Positions 27,378 through 36,547 of a stretch of DNA of 41,428 nt are shown piece after piece. Where the stretch lies: IMG/VR virus record IMGVR_UViG_3300033513_000024, positions 1 to 41,428 of that record; one strand, given 5' to 3'. Position 1 is the stretch's first letter; each line of letters opens with the position of its first letter. Source of the stretch: a virus. Lineage: Duplodnaviria > Caudoviricetes. The notes under the pieces are model-generated. The model ran no database searches. It had not been told where the DNA came from and saw only the letters and a list, made by a program, of their open reading frames with translations. The position numbers and the translations under genes are program-made.

Positions 27378-28625
27378 CTATACTTCAGGGTCCCAAGCCA
27401 GCCCTTCGATTGCCGGCTGCCGGAACCCCACACCGTCCAGATCGTCGAAGATGCACGGCTGCATCTCCATCAACTCGCTTGCCGTAAACAGGTCATACAT
27501 CCCCATCTGCCCCTTGCGCAGCGCCAGTTGCAATTTCCTGATCTCCTCAGCCATGCCCTGGCTCATAAAACTATGCCAGGCTTTGGGATGGGTCCGTCGC
27601 ATCACGGCCATGTGGTTATCGGGGAAAAGCAGATCGGTGGAGCACCCCATACAACCGTTGCGCTTGATCTTCCGGCAGGACCCATCGGCAGCCGTATAGG
27701 AAATATCGTACAGGCTGGCGTACGGGACATTGTAGCGGTGGATGTAGGACCAGATGTCCTCATCCGTCCAGATCGCCAGGGGCTGGCAATGCCAGATGCG
27801 CTCTCCCTGTAGATAATCCTTCTTCGCCCCCTGGAAGAGATAGCCACGGGTCAAGAAGTTCTTGGCCCTGGACCGGCTCTCAGAAGCCATCAAGCCTTTG
27901 AATACCAGGTCAACTCCAAGTTGCGCTTGCATCGCCTCAGATGGCCCTTTCTTGATCACGTCACAACACGCCTGGCTGATCTTCACCTGCCGCAACACGG
28001 CATAGTAGCGCAATAGCGATTCGTCCTGGCTCTCACTCTCCGAAAAGCGCAGGAATGTATCAATGTTAATGCGCCGGGCCGTGAGCTTCGACCAGGCCTT
28101 GCCCAGCAATGGCCAGCCGTACTGGTCAACGCACCACCAATACGTTTGACGTGTGCTGGCCGGCCACACCAGCCGCCGGCTCTCCAGCTCAGCCGCCAGA
28201 TCGGGCGGGCAAGCTCGCTCCAATGCCTCTGTAGATTTCAGCTTGCCATCTGGTTTCAGCACGTCGCCGATGCGCCCATCAGCAATCAATCGCTCCCAGA
28301 TCATCCTCTGTCCGGCGTATTTGTAGCCAATCCTGTCCGTATGTAGCAGCTTTGTCTCGTGGAAATTCAACCGCCAATCTTCGGCGAGCTGGCGCGAAAA
28401 CTTGATGCACTCTGGGAATTCCACCCCGGTGTTTCCATAGCCCACCAGAATGTCCGGTCGCACCGACTTGATCATGTGCAGCAGGGCCGTGCTATCCTTC
28501 CCCCCCGAAAAGGCCACCATCGGGCGCTTGCATACTTCAAGCGCCTTGATGATAGCCACACAGGCCATCTCGATCTTGTAATCCAGGGGCTTCTGTTGTT
28601 CAGCCGTCAATTCATTCCAACGCAT
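27378..28625 (-). CDS. PAPS reductase-family (PP-loop) protein
   Basis: AFSGGKDS, TGVEFPE, CCDVIKK, PLAIWT, RNGCMGC. Confidence 0.85.
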   Translation of the reverse strand: MRWNELTAEQQKPLDYKIEMACVAIIKALEVCKRPMVAFSGGKDSTALLHMIKSVRPDILVGYGNTGVEFPECIKFSRQLAEDWRLNFHETKLLHTDRIGYKYAGQRMIWERLIADGRIGDVLKPDGKLKSTEALERACPPDLAAELESRRLVWPASTRQTYWWCVDQYGWPLLGKAWSKLTARRINIDTFLRFSESESQDESLLRYYAVLRQVKISQACCDVIKKGPSEAMQAQLGVDLVFKGLMASESRSRAKNFLTRGYLFQGAKKDYLQGERIWHCQPLAIWTDEDIWSYIHRYNVPYASLYDISYTAADGSCRKIKRNGCMGCSTDLLFPDNHMAVMRRTHPKAWHSFMSQGMAEEIRKLQLALRKGQMGMYDLFTASELMEMQPCIFDDLDGVGFRQPAIEGLAWDPEV

Positions 28626-28638
28626 CGGTTCACCCTAC

Positions 28639-28666
28639 AGTGCGTATAATGCAGGTTATCGCGCCT
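28639..28666 (+). repeat. dif-like site
   Basis: AGTGCGTATAA TGCAGG TTATCGCGCCT. Confidence 0.8.
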
Positions 28667-29036
28667 GCACTTTTGCCAATTCGCTCTCCGGTATCGCCCA
28701 GAATTCTCGCACCCAGCCTTCACGCTGGACCAGTTCGGCCTTAATTTTGCCCTTCTTAATCCATTTGCAGATAGTCTGTGTCCGCCTATGTAATAATCGG
28801 CTTGCATCCGAGACTGTGAGCCAGCCCTCTGGCAATGTCTTAAATGTCCCACCGTCCCGCTTGCGCTTGCGGGCTTGCACGGCCTGATACAACGGGCACT
28901 GATCGTGCAGATAACTAGCCACCGCCGATTCTTCAACGCAACCATCTGGACGCGGACAAGAGAGACAGGTTTCAACATCGGTCATAATCTCACCCACCCC
29001 ATCCGAAACTCCGGCTCCATCCACTTCAACCCGCAA
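28656..29036 (-). CDS. HTH DNA-binding protein (excisionase-like) with Cys cluster
   Basis: LTVSDASRLLHRRTQTICKWIKKGKIKA. Confidence 0.6.
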   Translation of the reverse strand: MRVEVDGAGVSDGVGEIMTDVETCLSCPRPDGCVEESAVASYLHDQCPLYQAVQARKRKRDGGTFKTLPEGWLTVSDASRLLHRRTQTICKWIKKGKIKAELVQREGWVREFWAIPESELAKVQAR

Positions 29037-29551
29037 ATCTTGAACACATCCTCTTCCGCCGGCGTCTCAATCATCTTGTCCCCCTCCCAGATCGCCCCAT
29101 CCTCCACGTGGAGGTGGGGGGGCAGCAATCCCCCCTTATTCCGCTGTGTCACCAGACACTTGCTGAACTCAGCCGCGCCGGTCCGCTGCATGACGATCAC
29201 CCCCCACTGAGCCGGTGGAAGCACCAAGAATAAGTCCAGCTTGATACGCCCCCGGTGGGGTATCTGCACCTCGAATTGCTTGTACCGTGGCCCGTTCTTG
29301 TCCCCCGGCAAAAGAACGTTCGCCCTCACCAGCGCGCACAGCACCTCGTCCAGGCCTTTGGGGATGTAATCCACCACCACGTTGAACATATCCTTCACCT
29401 CGCGGAGGATGGGCCTGGCTACAATCTCCATATCCCCCACTTGCGGCTTCTTCCTGCGCAGGCTCCCCGCGATGCTCACCTGCTCGCACACTGGCGTCAA
29501 ACACGCCGCCAGAGTTTCTGCCACCGGGATCACGTCGTCGTACTTGAACAT
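28982..29551 (-). CDS. minimal DNA polymerase X (Pol beta-like)
   Basis: IAGSLRRKK, GDMEIV, KLDLF, RTG, EEDVF...GL.W.EPE.R; start reassigned to MFKYDD. Confidence 0.8.
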   Translation of the reverse strand: MFKYDDVIPVAETLAACLTPVCEQVSIAGSLRRKKPQVGDMEIVARPILREVKDMFNVVVDYIPKGLDEVLCALVRANVLLPGDKNGPRYKQFEVQIPHRGRIKLDLFLVLPPAQWGVIVMQRTGAAEFSKCLVTQRNKGGLLPPHLHVEDGAIWEGDKMIETPAEEDVFKICGLKWMEPEFRMGWVRL

Positions 29552-29886
29552 GGCTCCCCTCCCTTTTTGCAGTCCCACCCATCCAGCTCCTCGTCCCAGG
29601 CACATTCCGGGCACCAATGCCCAGACACAGCCTTTTCCAATGTCGCGCCGCATTTTGGGCAGTTTTTCTCTGTCTTTCGCTTTCGGTCTGGACTTACAGG
29701 CTGCAGTGGGATAGGCAATCCATATCGAGTTCGCAGTCTGCTCAGCCGGCAAGAGACCGTGGACCGCTTACATCCAGTTGCCTGCGCAACCTTCGCATAA
29801 TCCAGCGGTGCACCGGGTTTCAATAAAGGCTTCAGTGCGTTCCATATCCGAGCCTCGCTCGGAGGCAATGCTGCCGTCTTCGTCAT
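29530..29886 (-). CDS. HTH plus zinc-ribbon protein
   Basis: YAKVAQATGCKRSTV; CPKC...CPEC. Confidence 0.6.
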   Translation of the reverse strand: MTKTAALPPSEARIWNALKPLLKPGAPLDYAKVAQATGCKRSTVSCRLSRLRTRYGLPIPLQPVSPDRKRKTEKNCPKCGATLEKAVSGHWCPECAWDEELDGWDCKKGGEPCSSTTT

Positions 29887-29940
29887 TCCCTTACCCCCAA
29901 GTTGAAATGGTTGTTAGCAAGAGCCCCACCTATCCACCCC

Positions 29941-29968
29941 AGTTGGTATAATCGTCATTATCAGCACT
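29941..29968 (+). repeat. dif-like site
   Basis: AGTTGGTATAA TCGTCA TTATCAGCACT. Confidence 0.8.
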
Positions 29969-30350
29969 ACGCCACAAACTGGTCATCGTTCTCCAAGACC
30001 TCACCCGCCGGCAGGTTTGACCACTGCCGCCGCGGCTGGCCAGCCGGCAATTGTTGAAACTGCGGCATTTCCGGCAACGCTGGCGGATAGCCGTCCCAAC
30101 GCGGCGGCTGCGGCCCTGGGAGTTGCCCGGGATAATTGATCGTCGTCCGCTGCTGCCCCGCGCTCGCCGCCCGTGCCTGGCCGTACCGGTCCAAGACGAG
30201 GAAGCCGCCCACGATGAAGCCGCCCACGATGAACATCAGCATCAGGAAAAAGACGGTGCGTGTCATCTGATCGGTGATTAGCGCATACGCCAGGCCGCCG
30301 CCGGCCGCCAGTCCAAATCCCAACGCTATCCACTGCAAACAGCTCTTCAT
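29967..30350 (-). CDS. two-transmembrane protein with Pro/Gln-rich tail
   Basis: Two hydrophobic helices; downstream of FtsK. Confidence 0.65.
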   Translation of the reverse strand: MKSCLQWIALGFGLAAGGGLAYALITDQMTRTVFFLMLMFIVGGFIVGGFLVLDRYGQARAASAGQQRTTINYPGQLPGPQPPRWDGYPPALPEMPQFQQLPAGQPRRQWSNLPAGEVLENDDQFVA

Positions 30351-30353
30351 AGT

Positions 30354-30430
30354 CCTACCCCCTACCCCTACCCCCTACCCCGCCCTACCGCAGCCCCCAA
30401 AGGGGGGGATAGGTAGGGGGTAGGGGGTAG
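30354..30430. repeat. cluster of GGGTAGGG (KOPS-like, G4-prone) motifs in inverted arrangement
   Basis: CCCTACCC at 30360, 30366, 30373 and GGGTAGGG at 30418. Confidence 0.7.
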
Positions 30431-30454
30431 ACCACCCCGGTATGCACCGGAAGA

Positions 30455-31738
30455 TTAGACCGGTTTCGCCCCGGCCATCTGCTTCTTCAACTCGATGATC
30501 CCAGGCAACTTTTCCTTGAGCGCGTTGACATAGTCGCGTGCTACCCGGGCCCTGTCCATCTTGCCGCCGAAATGTTTCTGCAACGCCGTCGCGCTGTTGG
30601 TGATGATCAACCCGTACAGCACCATCTCCGGGTCGATTTGCCAGCGCTCTTTGATCGCAGCGTCGCCGGCGAGCTGGTATGTCTCCGGCCATTCTGGCTC
30701 ACTGGCCGCCAGAGGCAGAGTGGCGTAATCGCTGCGCTGCGGCAATGCCGCCCTAAAGCGAGTAACCCTGTCACCAGATATAGCCAACCCGTCTCCCTTG
30801 CCCGCCAGGCGCTCAGTGTGTTGCCCAGCCAGCAGAGTGGCCAGGTAGGCTTGGTCAGCCGGCAATTGAAACACAAGCCGCGACGGGAAATTCGCCAAGG
30901 CCAGGCTGCCTTTTTCTCCGAAGACACTCGGATTGGCGGCCTGGCTTGCCACAACCAGATTGATCCGCAACCCTCCCGCTAGTTGGCTGAGTTGGGTGAT
31001 AATTGCCCCAGCTTCCGGCTTCACCTGTGCCAACTGTGCCACCTCATCCACGATGACTACCCACCGCCGGGCCTGCAAGGCGACGTCACCACGCCGACGC
31101 TCCATCTCTGCCAGTACAAAACGCAAGAGCTGCACGGAATCTTCGTAACCAGTAGCGATCGGCGCCGCCAGGTGCGCCAGCCGGCCAAAGGGTATCAACT
31201 TTTGGTCGTTCTTTGGATTGAGAATGATCATCTGCTGCTCATCGGGTCGGTTGGCACGCGCCATTGACAAAATGAAATCTGTTAGGCAGGTCGTCTTCCC
31301 ACTCTGGCTCGTTCCGAAAATTGCCTTGTGCGGTGAGTCCCACCCCAATCGGGCAATTGATCCCAGCGCAGTCCGTCCAAAAGTAACCACATCGGGCCGG
31401 TGGGGCATATCCGATAAATAGACCTCGCTCCACTGGCTGAACGGCAGGGTGAACTCAATACGCACCAGGCTCAGCTCCCGATAGACGCGCACGAAGCTCG
31501 CCCCGGCCACCATAGCGAAACGCTCATCGAGCGCCAGGACCGTTTTCAAGTCCTCATCTCGCACCTGGAGAGAGACGGTGGCCGCTTGCGGGCCGATCAC
31601 TGGCCTGGAGACAAACCGGTACGGGACCCCACTTGGCAGCCGGATCCGGCGGCCGGCCGTCCTCCACGACCTGGTCGATGCGTCGGCGTTTTTCAGCACC
31701 CAATCCACAGCCATCAAATAGTTCTCAGAGTTTGACAT
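30455..31738 (-). CDS. FtsK/SpoIIIE-family DNA translocase
   Basis: PHKAIFGTSQSGKT, EMERR, VVIVDE, LVVASQ, LAGKGDG; C-terminal SATALQKHF...DRAR resembles the gamma winged helix. Confidence 0.85.
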   Translation of the reverse strand: MSNSENYLMAVDWVLKNADASTRSWRTAGRRIRLPSGVPYRFVSRPVIGPQAATVSLQVRDEDLKTVLALDERFAMVAGASFVRVYRELSLVRIEFTLPFSQWSEVYLSDMPHRPDVVTFGRTALGSIARLGWDSPHKAIFGTSQSGKTTCLTDFILSMARANRPDEQQMIILNPKNDQKLIPFGRLAHLAAPIATGYEDSVQLLRFVLAEMERRRGDVALQARRWVVIVDEVAQLAQVKPEAGAIITQLSQLAGGLRINLVVASQAANPSVFGEKGSLALANFPSRLVFQLPADQAYLATLLAGQHTERLAGKGDGLAISGDRVTRFRAALPQRSDYATLPLAASEPEWPETYQLAGDAAIKERWQIDPEMVLYGLIITNSATALQKHFGGKMDRARVARDYVNALKEKLPGIIELKKQMAGAKPV

Positions 31739-31821
31739 CTTCCCTACTCCCTTTATAATGCTCGTGGGCAGGGTGACCTACTCCCCCCTGCCTGGCCCCT
31801 CGGTCCCTAGCCGGGGGGCGC

Positions 31822-31980
31822 TTAATTCTCCCCGTCCATCACCTTCGACAAGTCTCTGCGCAGAGCACCGATGATCTTTTCTACCTCTTGCAGTCTCTGT
31901 TGAGATCGGCGCCACGCCGCTCCAAACAACAGCGCCCCGGTCAGGAACCCAAACACCCAGCTAATACAGAATGTTTCCAC
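31822..31980 (-). CDS. small membrane protein (52 aa)
   Basis: GGAGG RBS, GTG start, ETFCISWVFGFLTGALLFGAAWRR; below the ORF-track length cutoff. Confidence 0.5.
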   Translation of the reverse strand: METFCISWVFGFLTGALLFGAAWRRSQQRLQEVEKIIGALRRDLSKVMDGEN

Positions 31981-31982
31981 CG

Positions 31983-32270
31983 CTACCTCCTACCCGTCAG
32001 CAGCCGCGGGCGGTGGTCCCCGCCGTCGCCCTCATCGTCCACAATAGTGAAGTCTCTGGCTCCCGCTTCAACCAGGTTGATCCCGAAGGCTGCCCCTATC
32101 GTCGCCAGTGCCGCCTCGTATCCCTGCCAGTAGCCAGCCTGCCGCTCTGCCAACAGCCCAGTGTTCAAATCGTCAGCAGTCAGGATGGCCCGCCGCGCCT
32201 CCTGGCCAGCCACGCGCGCCGCCCGCAAGGCCCGTGCAACATCCTCAGCAAACCAGACATCAAGCCCCAT
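31983..32270 (-). CDS. hypothetical protein
   Basis: MGLDVWFAEDVARAL start preceded by GGGAG. Confidence 0.6.
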   Translation of the reverse strand: MGLDVWFAEDVARALRAARVAGQEARRAILTADDLNTGLLAERQAGYWQGYEAALATIGAAFGINLVEAGARDFTIVDDEGDGGDHRPRLLTGRR

Positions 32271-32547
32271 TGTTATTCTCCCTTGGCAGATCGGCCTCGA
32301 CCACCAGCCACACCTCGTTGACCAAACACCCGCCGATGCATTCCACATGCACCGCAAAAAGGTTCAGCACCCCGGTCGCTTCCTTCGCCGCTTTCTCAAG
32401 TGTCGGGTTGACCACGATCCCCTCCGGCAGCGCTTTCCGCTTTTGATAAAAGTCTTTTACTGCCTCTTTTATCCTGCCTTGCAGCAGCTCGGCCGGTCCC
32501 TTCCCATTCCCCGTAAAGCGGTATGTCCAAAACGTCTTGCTGCCCAT
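32260..32547 (-). CDS. hypothetical protein
   Basis: 95-aa coupled ORF. Confidence 0.55.
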   Translation of the reverse strand: MGSKTFWTYRFTGNGKGPAELLQGRIKEAVKDFYQKRKALPEGIVVNPTLEKAAKEATGVLNLFAVHVECIGGCLVNEVWLVVEADLPRENNNGA

Positions 32548-32560
32548 TTCCCCACCCCAC

Positions 32561-32588
32561 AGTCGCTATAATGTGGATTATCCTCACT
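32561..32588 (+). repeat. dif-like site
   Basis: AGTCGCTATAA TGTGGA TTATCCTCACT. Confidence 0.8.
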
Positions 32589-32931
32589 GTGCCAATTGTT
32601 CCGTTTGAAGTTCTTGCACCCTCTGCCGCCACTCCTTGCGCAGCCGCCAGCCCCAGCCAGTTCCCCAGAACAATGCCCCATCCCGGAACTTCTTCCACCG
32701 AGGATACAGCAAATAAGCCAGGTCCGGCTTGTAGAATTCGACAGTGTCGCGATAGGCCGCGTGCCGTGTTCCCTTCTCCTCCAACCACTCGCACAACGCT
32801 TGCAAGTCCGTCACCGGATCACTGGCCAGTCCGTTATACCTGCCACAATTGAAACACAGCACCCGGCCGTCGGCTACCAGGTATAATCTCCCCTCACACT
32901 TCCAGCACCGCTCATTCTCCAGGTCTCTCAT
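32584..32931 (-). CDS. zinc-ribbon hypothetical protein
   Basis: CWKC...CFNC. Confidence 0.55.
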   Translation of the reverse strand: MRDLENERCWKCEGRLYLVADGRVLCFNCGRYNGLASDPVTDLQALCEWLEEKGTRHAAYRDTVEFYKPDLAYLLYPRWKKFRDGALFWGTGWGWRLRKEWRQRVQELQTEQLAQ

Positions 32932-32993
32932 CTCCCCCCCCTCTCATAGATTGCCGTCGATACGTTTTTTCGTGCATGTATATCCATCCAAAT

Positions 32994-33180
32994 CAGTAGA
33001 ACAGTAGTTACAGTAGTTACGCCGTAACTGCTACGTAACTACTCAAGCCAAAATCAGTAGTTACGCGGAAAATTCCGCCGACCACAACATCTAGTATGCT
33101 TTTGCTCTCAACAGTCCCATAAATTGTGGTCATTGCATTCTCAACCTTAAGACGTAACTGATGTAACTACGTAACTACTG
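32994..33180. repeat. probable replication origin with direct and inverted iterons
   Basis: CAGTAGTTA(C) at 33002, 33011, 33055; GTAACT(A/G) variants at 33024, 33035, 33154, 33163, 33171; AT-rich non-coding gap after the primase-helicase. Confidence 0.7.
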
Positions 33181-33232
33181 CAAACGCTCTCGCATGAGGG
33201 CAAAAAAACGGTAAATTCGGAATTTTCCCCTT

Positions 33233-36200
33233 TTAGGCTGATGGTGGTGCTCCGTCCATCAAAATCGGGGCCGGTTCCGGTTCGCTCAACAAATCAATGC
33301 CCAGCCTGTCGCGGACCGCCTCCCCATTCACCAGCAAGACGCGCTTGTGGCCAACCCTGGGGTTGATCCACTTCGTAATCTCGAACTGCCGATCATCGCG
33401 CTCGAAGAGATAGCCGTACTGCCAAACCTCACGCCGCAGCGCGTCGATCAACGTGTCGAACCGTTCGTCGAGCCCGGCCCAATATTTCTTGACCTCCACC
33501 AGCGCCGGCGCGGTCAGAATGTAGAGCAGTGATTCGTCTTTCCACCCGATCAACGTCGCCCCAAACGGGGCAGAAAAGTCCAATTTGCCCTTCGGCGCTA
33601 TCACTGCCGACCCTTGTGTACACAAATCCTCGATGGCCTGGAAGAAGCGCAGCACTGGAGATTGCTGGCTGATGCGCTCGCTCTGCCCAATCAACACCTC
33701 GTACAGCGCTTCGTCATACTGCACCAGCCGGGTATTGATTTCATCCACCGCCCCCAGCTCATCCATCCAGCGCAGCGCCGTCCTCATCGAAGCCGACAGC
33801 ACCGCGAAATAATCTGTCAGCCGGTCCTGATTGCAAAATCGGTCTTGCACCTCTGCCTGCAACTCTGCGTATAGCGCCGGCAACTCTCCCGCCACCTTGT
33901 CCCAGTTCATGGCCAGCCAAGTAACATATCCCGCCATAGCCTGGCTATACAAGGCGTGCTCCCCCTGCGCCGCCGTCAGCAGCTCCAGGTTGACCGATCC
34001 CCACTCGATGGGGACGGTGATCGTCCGCCCCACGATGCTCTGCCCAATCAGCGGCTGCTCGGCTGTGGCAATCACCAGCCCCCTCGGCAGGAACTGCGTC
34101 CGCGCGCTCATATCCGCCCGCCGCCGGCCGCGGCTGCTGCGATTGCCAACTGAGCGCACAATGTAATGCGCCTTCTTGCCCATCTCCTTGCTTTCCTGAA
34201 CGCTCGTAAACTGCGGGGCGTAATCGTCAATTACCAGAGCCACGTCTTTGCTGGTGAACATCGTCCCTTCCAGGTCGGCTTGGGTGCTTGTCCAATCCTT
34301 CGGCGCCTTGTAATCCCGTCCCTGCACGAACCCCTCCCCGAAATGACTTAAGGCGAGGTGACTGATCGTGCTCTTCTTGCTCTGTGTCGGCCCATACACC
34401 CAGAGCACCGCATTCAGGCTCTTGATCGTCGTCAGCGGCGCCGCCCACATTGCCGCCCACAGTGGCACGGTGATGACCGGCGGCGCGATCTCCAAAAAGC
34501 GCAGGCTCGCCTTGATCGCCTCCACCAGCCCTTCCCCTGCCGGTGGTAAGGGCAATCTGTAATGCACCAGGTTATTAGGCAAATCAACCCGCGCACTTTC
34601 GTCCAACCCTTTCGCGCTCAGCGCCCCACTGGCCGACAGGAACGCCCGCTCACCTCCCACCTCGTACCAGCCGGTGAAGGTGTGCACCCGCTCCCTGGTC
34701 ATCGTCTTTTGCCCGGCCTCCAATATCGCCCGTCTCAGCAGGTGCAGCTTTCCGTTGTTAAGATAGACGATGGGCCGCGCCCCCCACGTCTTACCGATCC
34801 ATTTCATCCCGTCGAAGCCTTCGGCGTCCACGTCGATGGTCGGCAGTGCCGGGCCGCCTGCCAATTTCCCCTCCACCGTGTAGTGGATTTCCGGCGTGTT
34901 CTGCCCATCGTCGATGGCCAGCTCGTGGTTTAATTGCGCCGTGAAATTGCACATCGGCTCGCCCCAGTAGCAGAACTTGCCGTCGCGCACCTCGATGCCC
35001 GAGCTGTGATCGCTCTTCGGCATTCGTTCGGCGACCATCTTGGCAAATTCTTTGCTGCCGATCTCCAACTTCCGCTCTTCGGCAATGCGCTTGAGGTAGA
35101 GCGTCCTCTCCGTCTCCCCCAGGCGAGCGACCAGGTCGGCCAAATGCTCGATCCCCTCCGCCCGTTCGCGCATATCTTTGATCTTCTTCACCCTGGCGAT
35201 CTCCAGGTCCAGGTGTGCCGGGGCCTCGCACAAAAGCGCCTCGGCCAGCTCCGCCGTCCCCCCAGCTTTCAGCCAGTCGTTGGCATCGCTCTTCTTCGCG
35301 CCGTCAGCTTTCGGCCATAACACGATCCGCGCCAGCGGCCCGGCGATCTCAGCCAGGCGCTCCGCTCCCTGGTGACCGGCTACGTCGTTGCTCAATGCGA
35401 TGTAAACGGTGGTCCGCTCCGCCTTCCGCCGCAAGGCGGCCACCAGGTGCGGCTCTTCGTCCTCTCGCAGCGTGCAGCCGCACAGCGCCCACGTCGGCCA
35501 GCCCCAGCCCCGCAGGGTCTCCGCGTCTGCCGGACCCTCGACGATCACCAGCCCTTCGGCGTCGAGCGGCCGCCCGTCCAGGCCCATCTCCGCCCGGTAC
35601 AAATGTCTCTTGCCTGGCAGGTTCCGCGATTTGCTCCCCTTCTCCACCGGGCTGATCGCCCTGGCTGAGAGAGAGATCACCTTGCCGCCTACTCTATGCG
35701 GATATATCAGCCACCCGTCCGGTGACACCTGGTCGCCGTCGGCGTTGGCCGTGAAGTCTTTCCCATCTGCCCTCACCAGCCCGATCTCCCTGGCCAGCGG
35801 TAGCAGTGCCGTGCTGTCTTCGGCTTTCAGCATTGCCTTCATCAGCGCGTCGTTTGACTGCGACAGTCCCCACAGCACCGTCTTAAGGTGCTCATCGCTG
35901 AACCCCCGCCCCCGCGCGGTGGCCAGTGCCTTCGCCGCCGCCTCTCCCTCGCCCCACAGAAGAGCCTGGTAAAACTTCGCCGCCCGCGTCAGCAGGTCGG
36001 TCACACTCGCCAGCTTCTTGTGCTCTGCCGCCGCCTGGGACGTCCACCCCAGCTCCTCCAGCGAGAGCCGGGCGTAATCCGCCAGCCACTTCAGCGCCTC
36101 GGTGAAGTCGAGGCCCTTCCAGCGCTGCACGAACTCTATGGCGTCCCCCCCCGTCTGACATCCGCTGAAGCAGTGCCAGCGCTGGCGTCCTTCCCCGTCC

Positions 36201-36349
36201 GTGTAGACACTGAACGAGGTCGGATTGTCGCCCCCGTGCAGCGGGCACTTGCACGTGAAACTCTTACCCTGTCGGCGAGGATGGCCCCCCGCCATTTCCA
36301 CCAGCCCCACCAGGTCCACCGCATCGAAGAGAGGTTCAAGATTTAGCAT
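33233..36349 (-). CDS. primase-helicase (CHC2 zinc finger + TOPRIM + DUF927/SF3-like ATPase)
   Basis: CPLHGG...WHCFSGC, IVEGPADA, KSDANDW, Walker A-like GPTQSKKS, LVIDD. Confidence 0.85.
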   Translation of the reverse strand: MLNLEPLFDAVDLVGLVEMAGGHPRRQGKSFTCKCPLHGGDNPTSFSVYTDGEGRQRWHCFSGCQTGGDAIEFVQRWKGLDFTEALKWLADYARLSLEELGWTSQAAAEHKKLASVTDLLTRAAKFYQALLWGEGEAAAKALATARGRGFSDEHLKTVLWGLSQSNDALMKAMLKAEDSTALLPLAREIGLVRADGKDFTANADGDQVSPDGWLIYPHRVGGKVISLSARAISPVEKGSKSRNLPGKRHLYRAEMGLDGRPLDAEGLVIVEGPADAETLRGWGWPTWALCGCTLREDEEPHLVAALRRKAERTTVYIALSNDVAGHQGAERLAEIAGPLARIVLWPKADGAKKSDANDWLKAGGTAELAEALLCEAPAHLDLEIARVKKIKDMRERAEGIEHLADLVARLGETERTLYLKRIAEERKLEIGSKEFAKMVAERMPKSDHSSGIEVRDGKFCYWGEPMCNFTAQLNHELAIDDGQNTPEIHYTVEGKLAGGPALPTIDVDAEGFDGMKWIGKTWGARPIVYLNNGKLHLLRRAILEAGQKTMTRERVHTFTGWYEVGGERAFLSASGALSAKGLDESARVDLPNNLVHYRLPLPPAGEGLVEAIKASLRFLEIAPPVITVPLWAAMWAAPLTTIKSLNAVLWVYGPTQSKKSTISHLALSHFGEGFVQGRDYKAPKDWTSTQADLEGTMFTSKDVALVIDDYAPQFTSVQESKEMGKKAHYIVRSVGNRSSRGRRRADMSARTQFLPRGLVIATAEQPLIGQSIVGRTITVPIEWGSVNLELLTAAQGEHALYSQAMAGYVTWLAMNWDKVAGELPALYAELQAEVQDRFCNQDRLTDYFAVLSASMRTALRWMDELGAVDEINTRLVQYDEALYEVLIGQSERISQQSPVLRFFQAIEDLCTQGSAVIAPKGKLDFSAPFGATLIGWKDESLLYILTAPALVEVKKYWAGLDERFDTLIDALRREVWQYGYLFERDDRQFEITKWINPRVGHKRVLLVNGEAVRDRLGIDLLSEPEPAPILMDGAPPSA

Positions 36350-36430
36350 CGATCACTGCCCTTTTAATAAGTAGGTCCGATAATACCGGTTGTAGCCCTG
36401 CGTCGCTCCCCTGCCCTCTGAGCGTGTCGT

Positions 36431-36514
36431 ATGGCCCCGTCGACGGGGACTTAATATGTCCCCGTCGTAAAAAAGGATGTCCCCGTCGAATGTCCCCGTC
36501 GAATGTCCCCGTAG
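36431..36514. repeat. 12-bp direct repeats ATGTCCCCGTCG
   Basis: Copies at 36431 (variant), 36456, 36477, 36490, 36503 (variant); inverted copy at 36441-36450. Confidence 0.8.
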
Positions 36515-36547
36515 GGGAACAAACACCATCTTTCGGCGGGACCGGGA

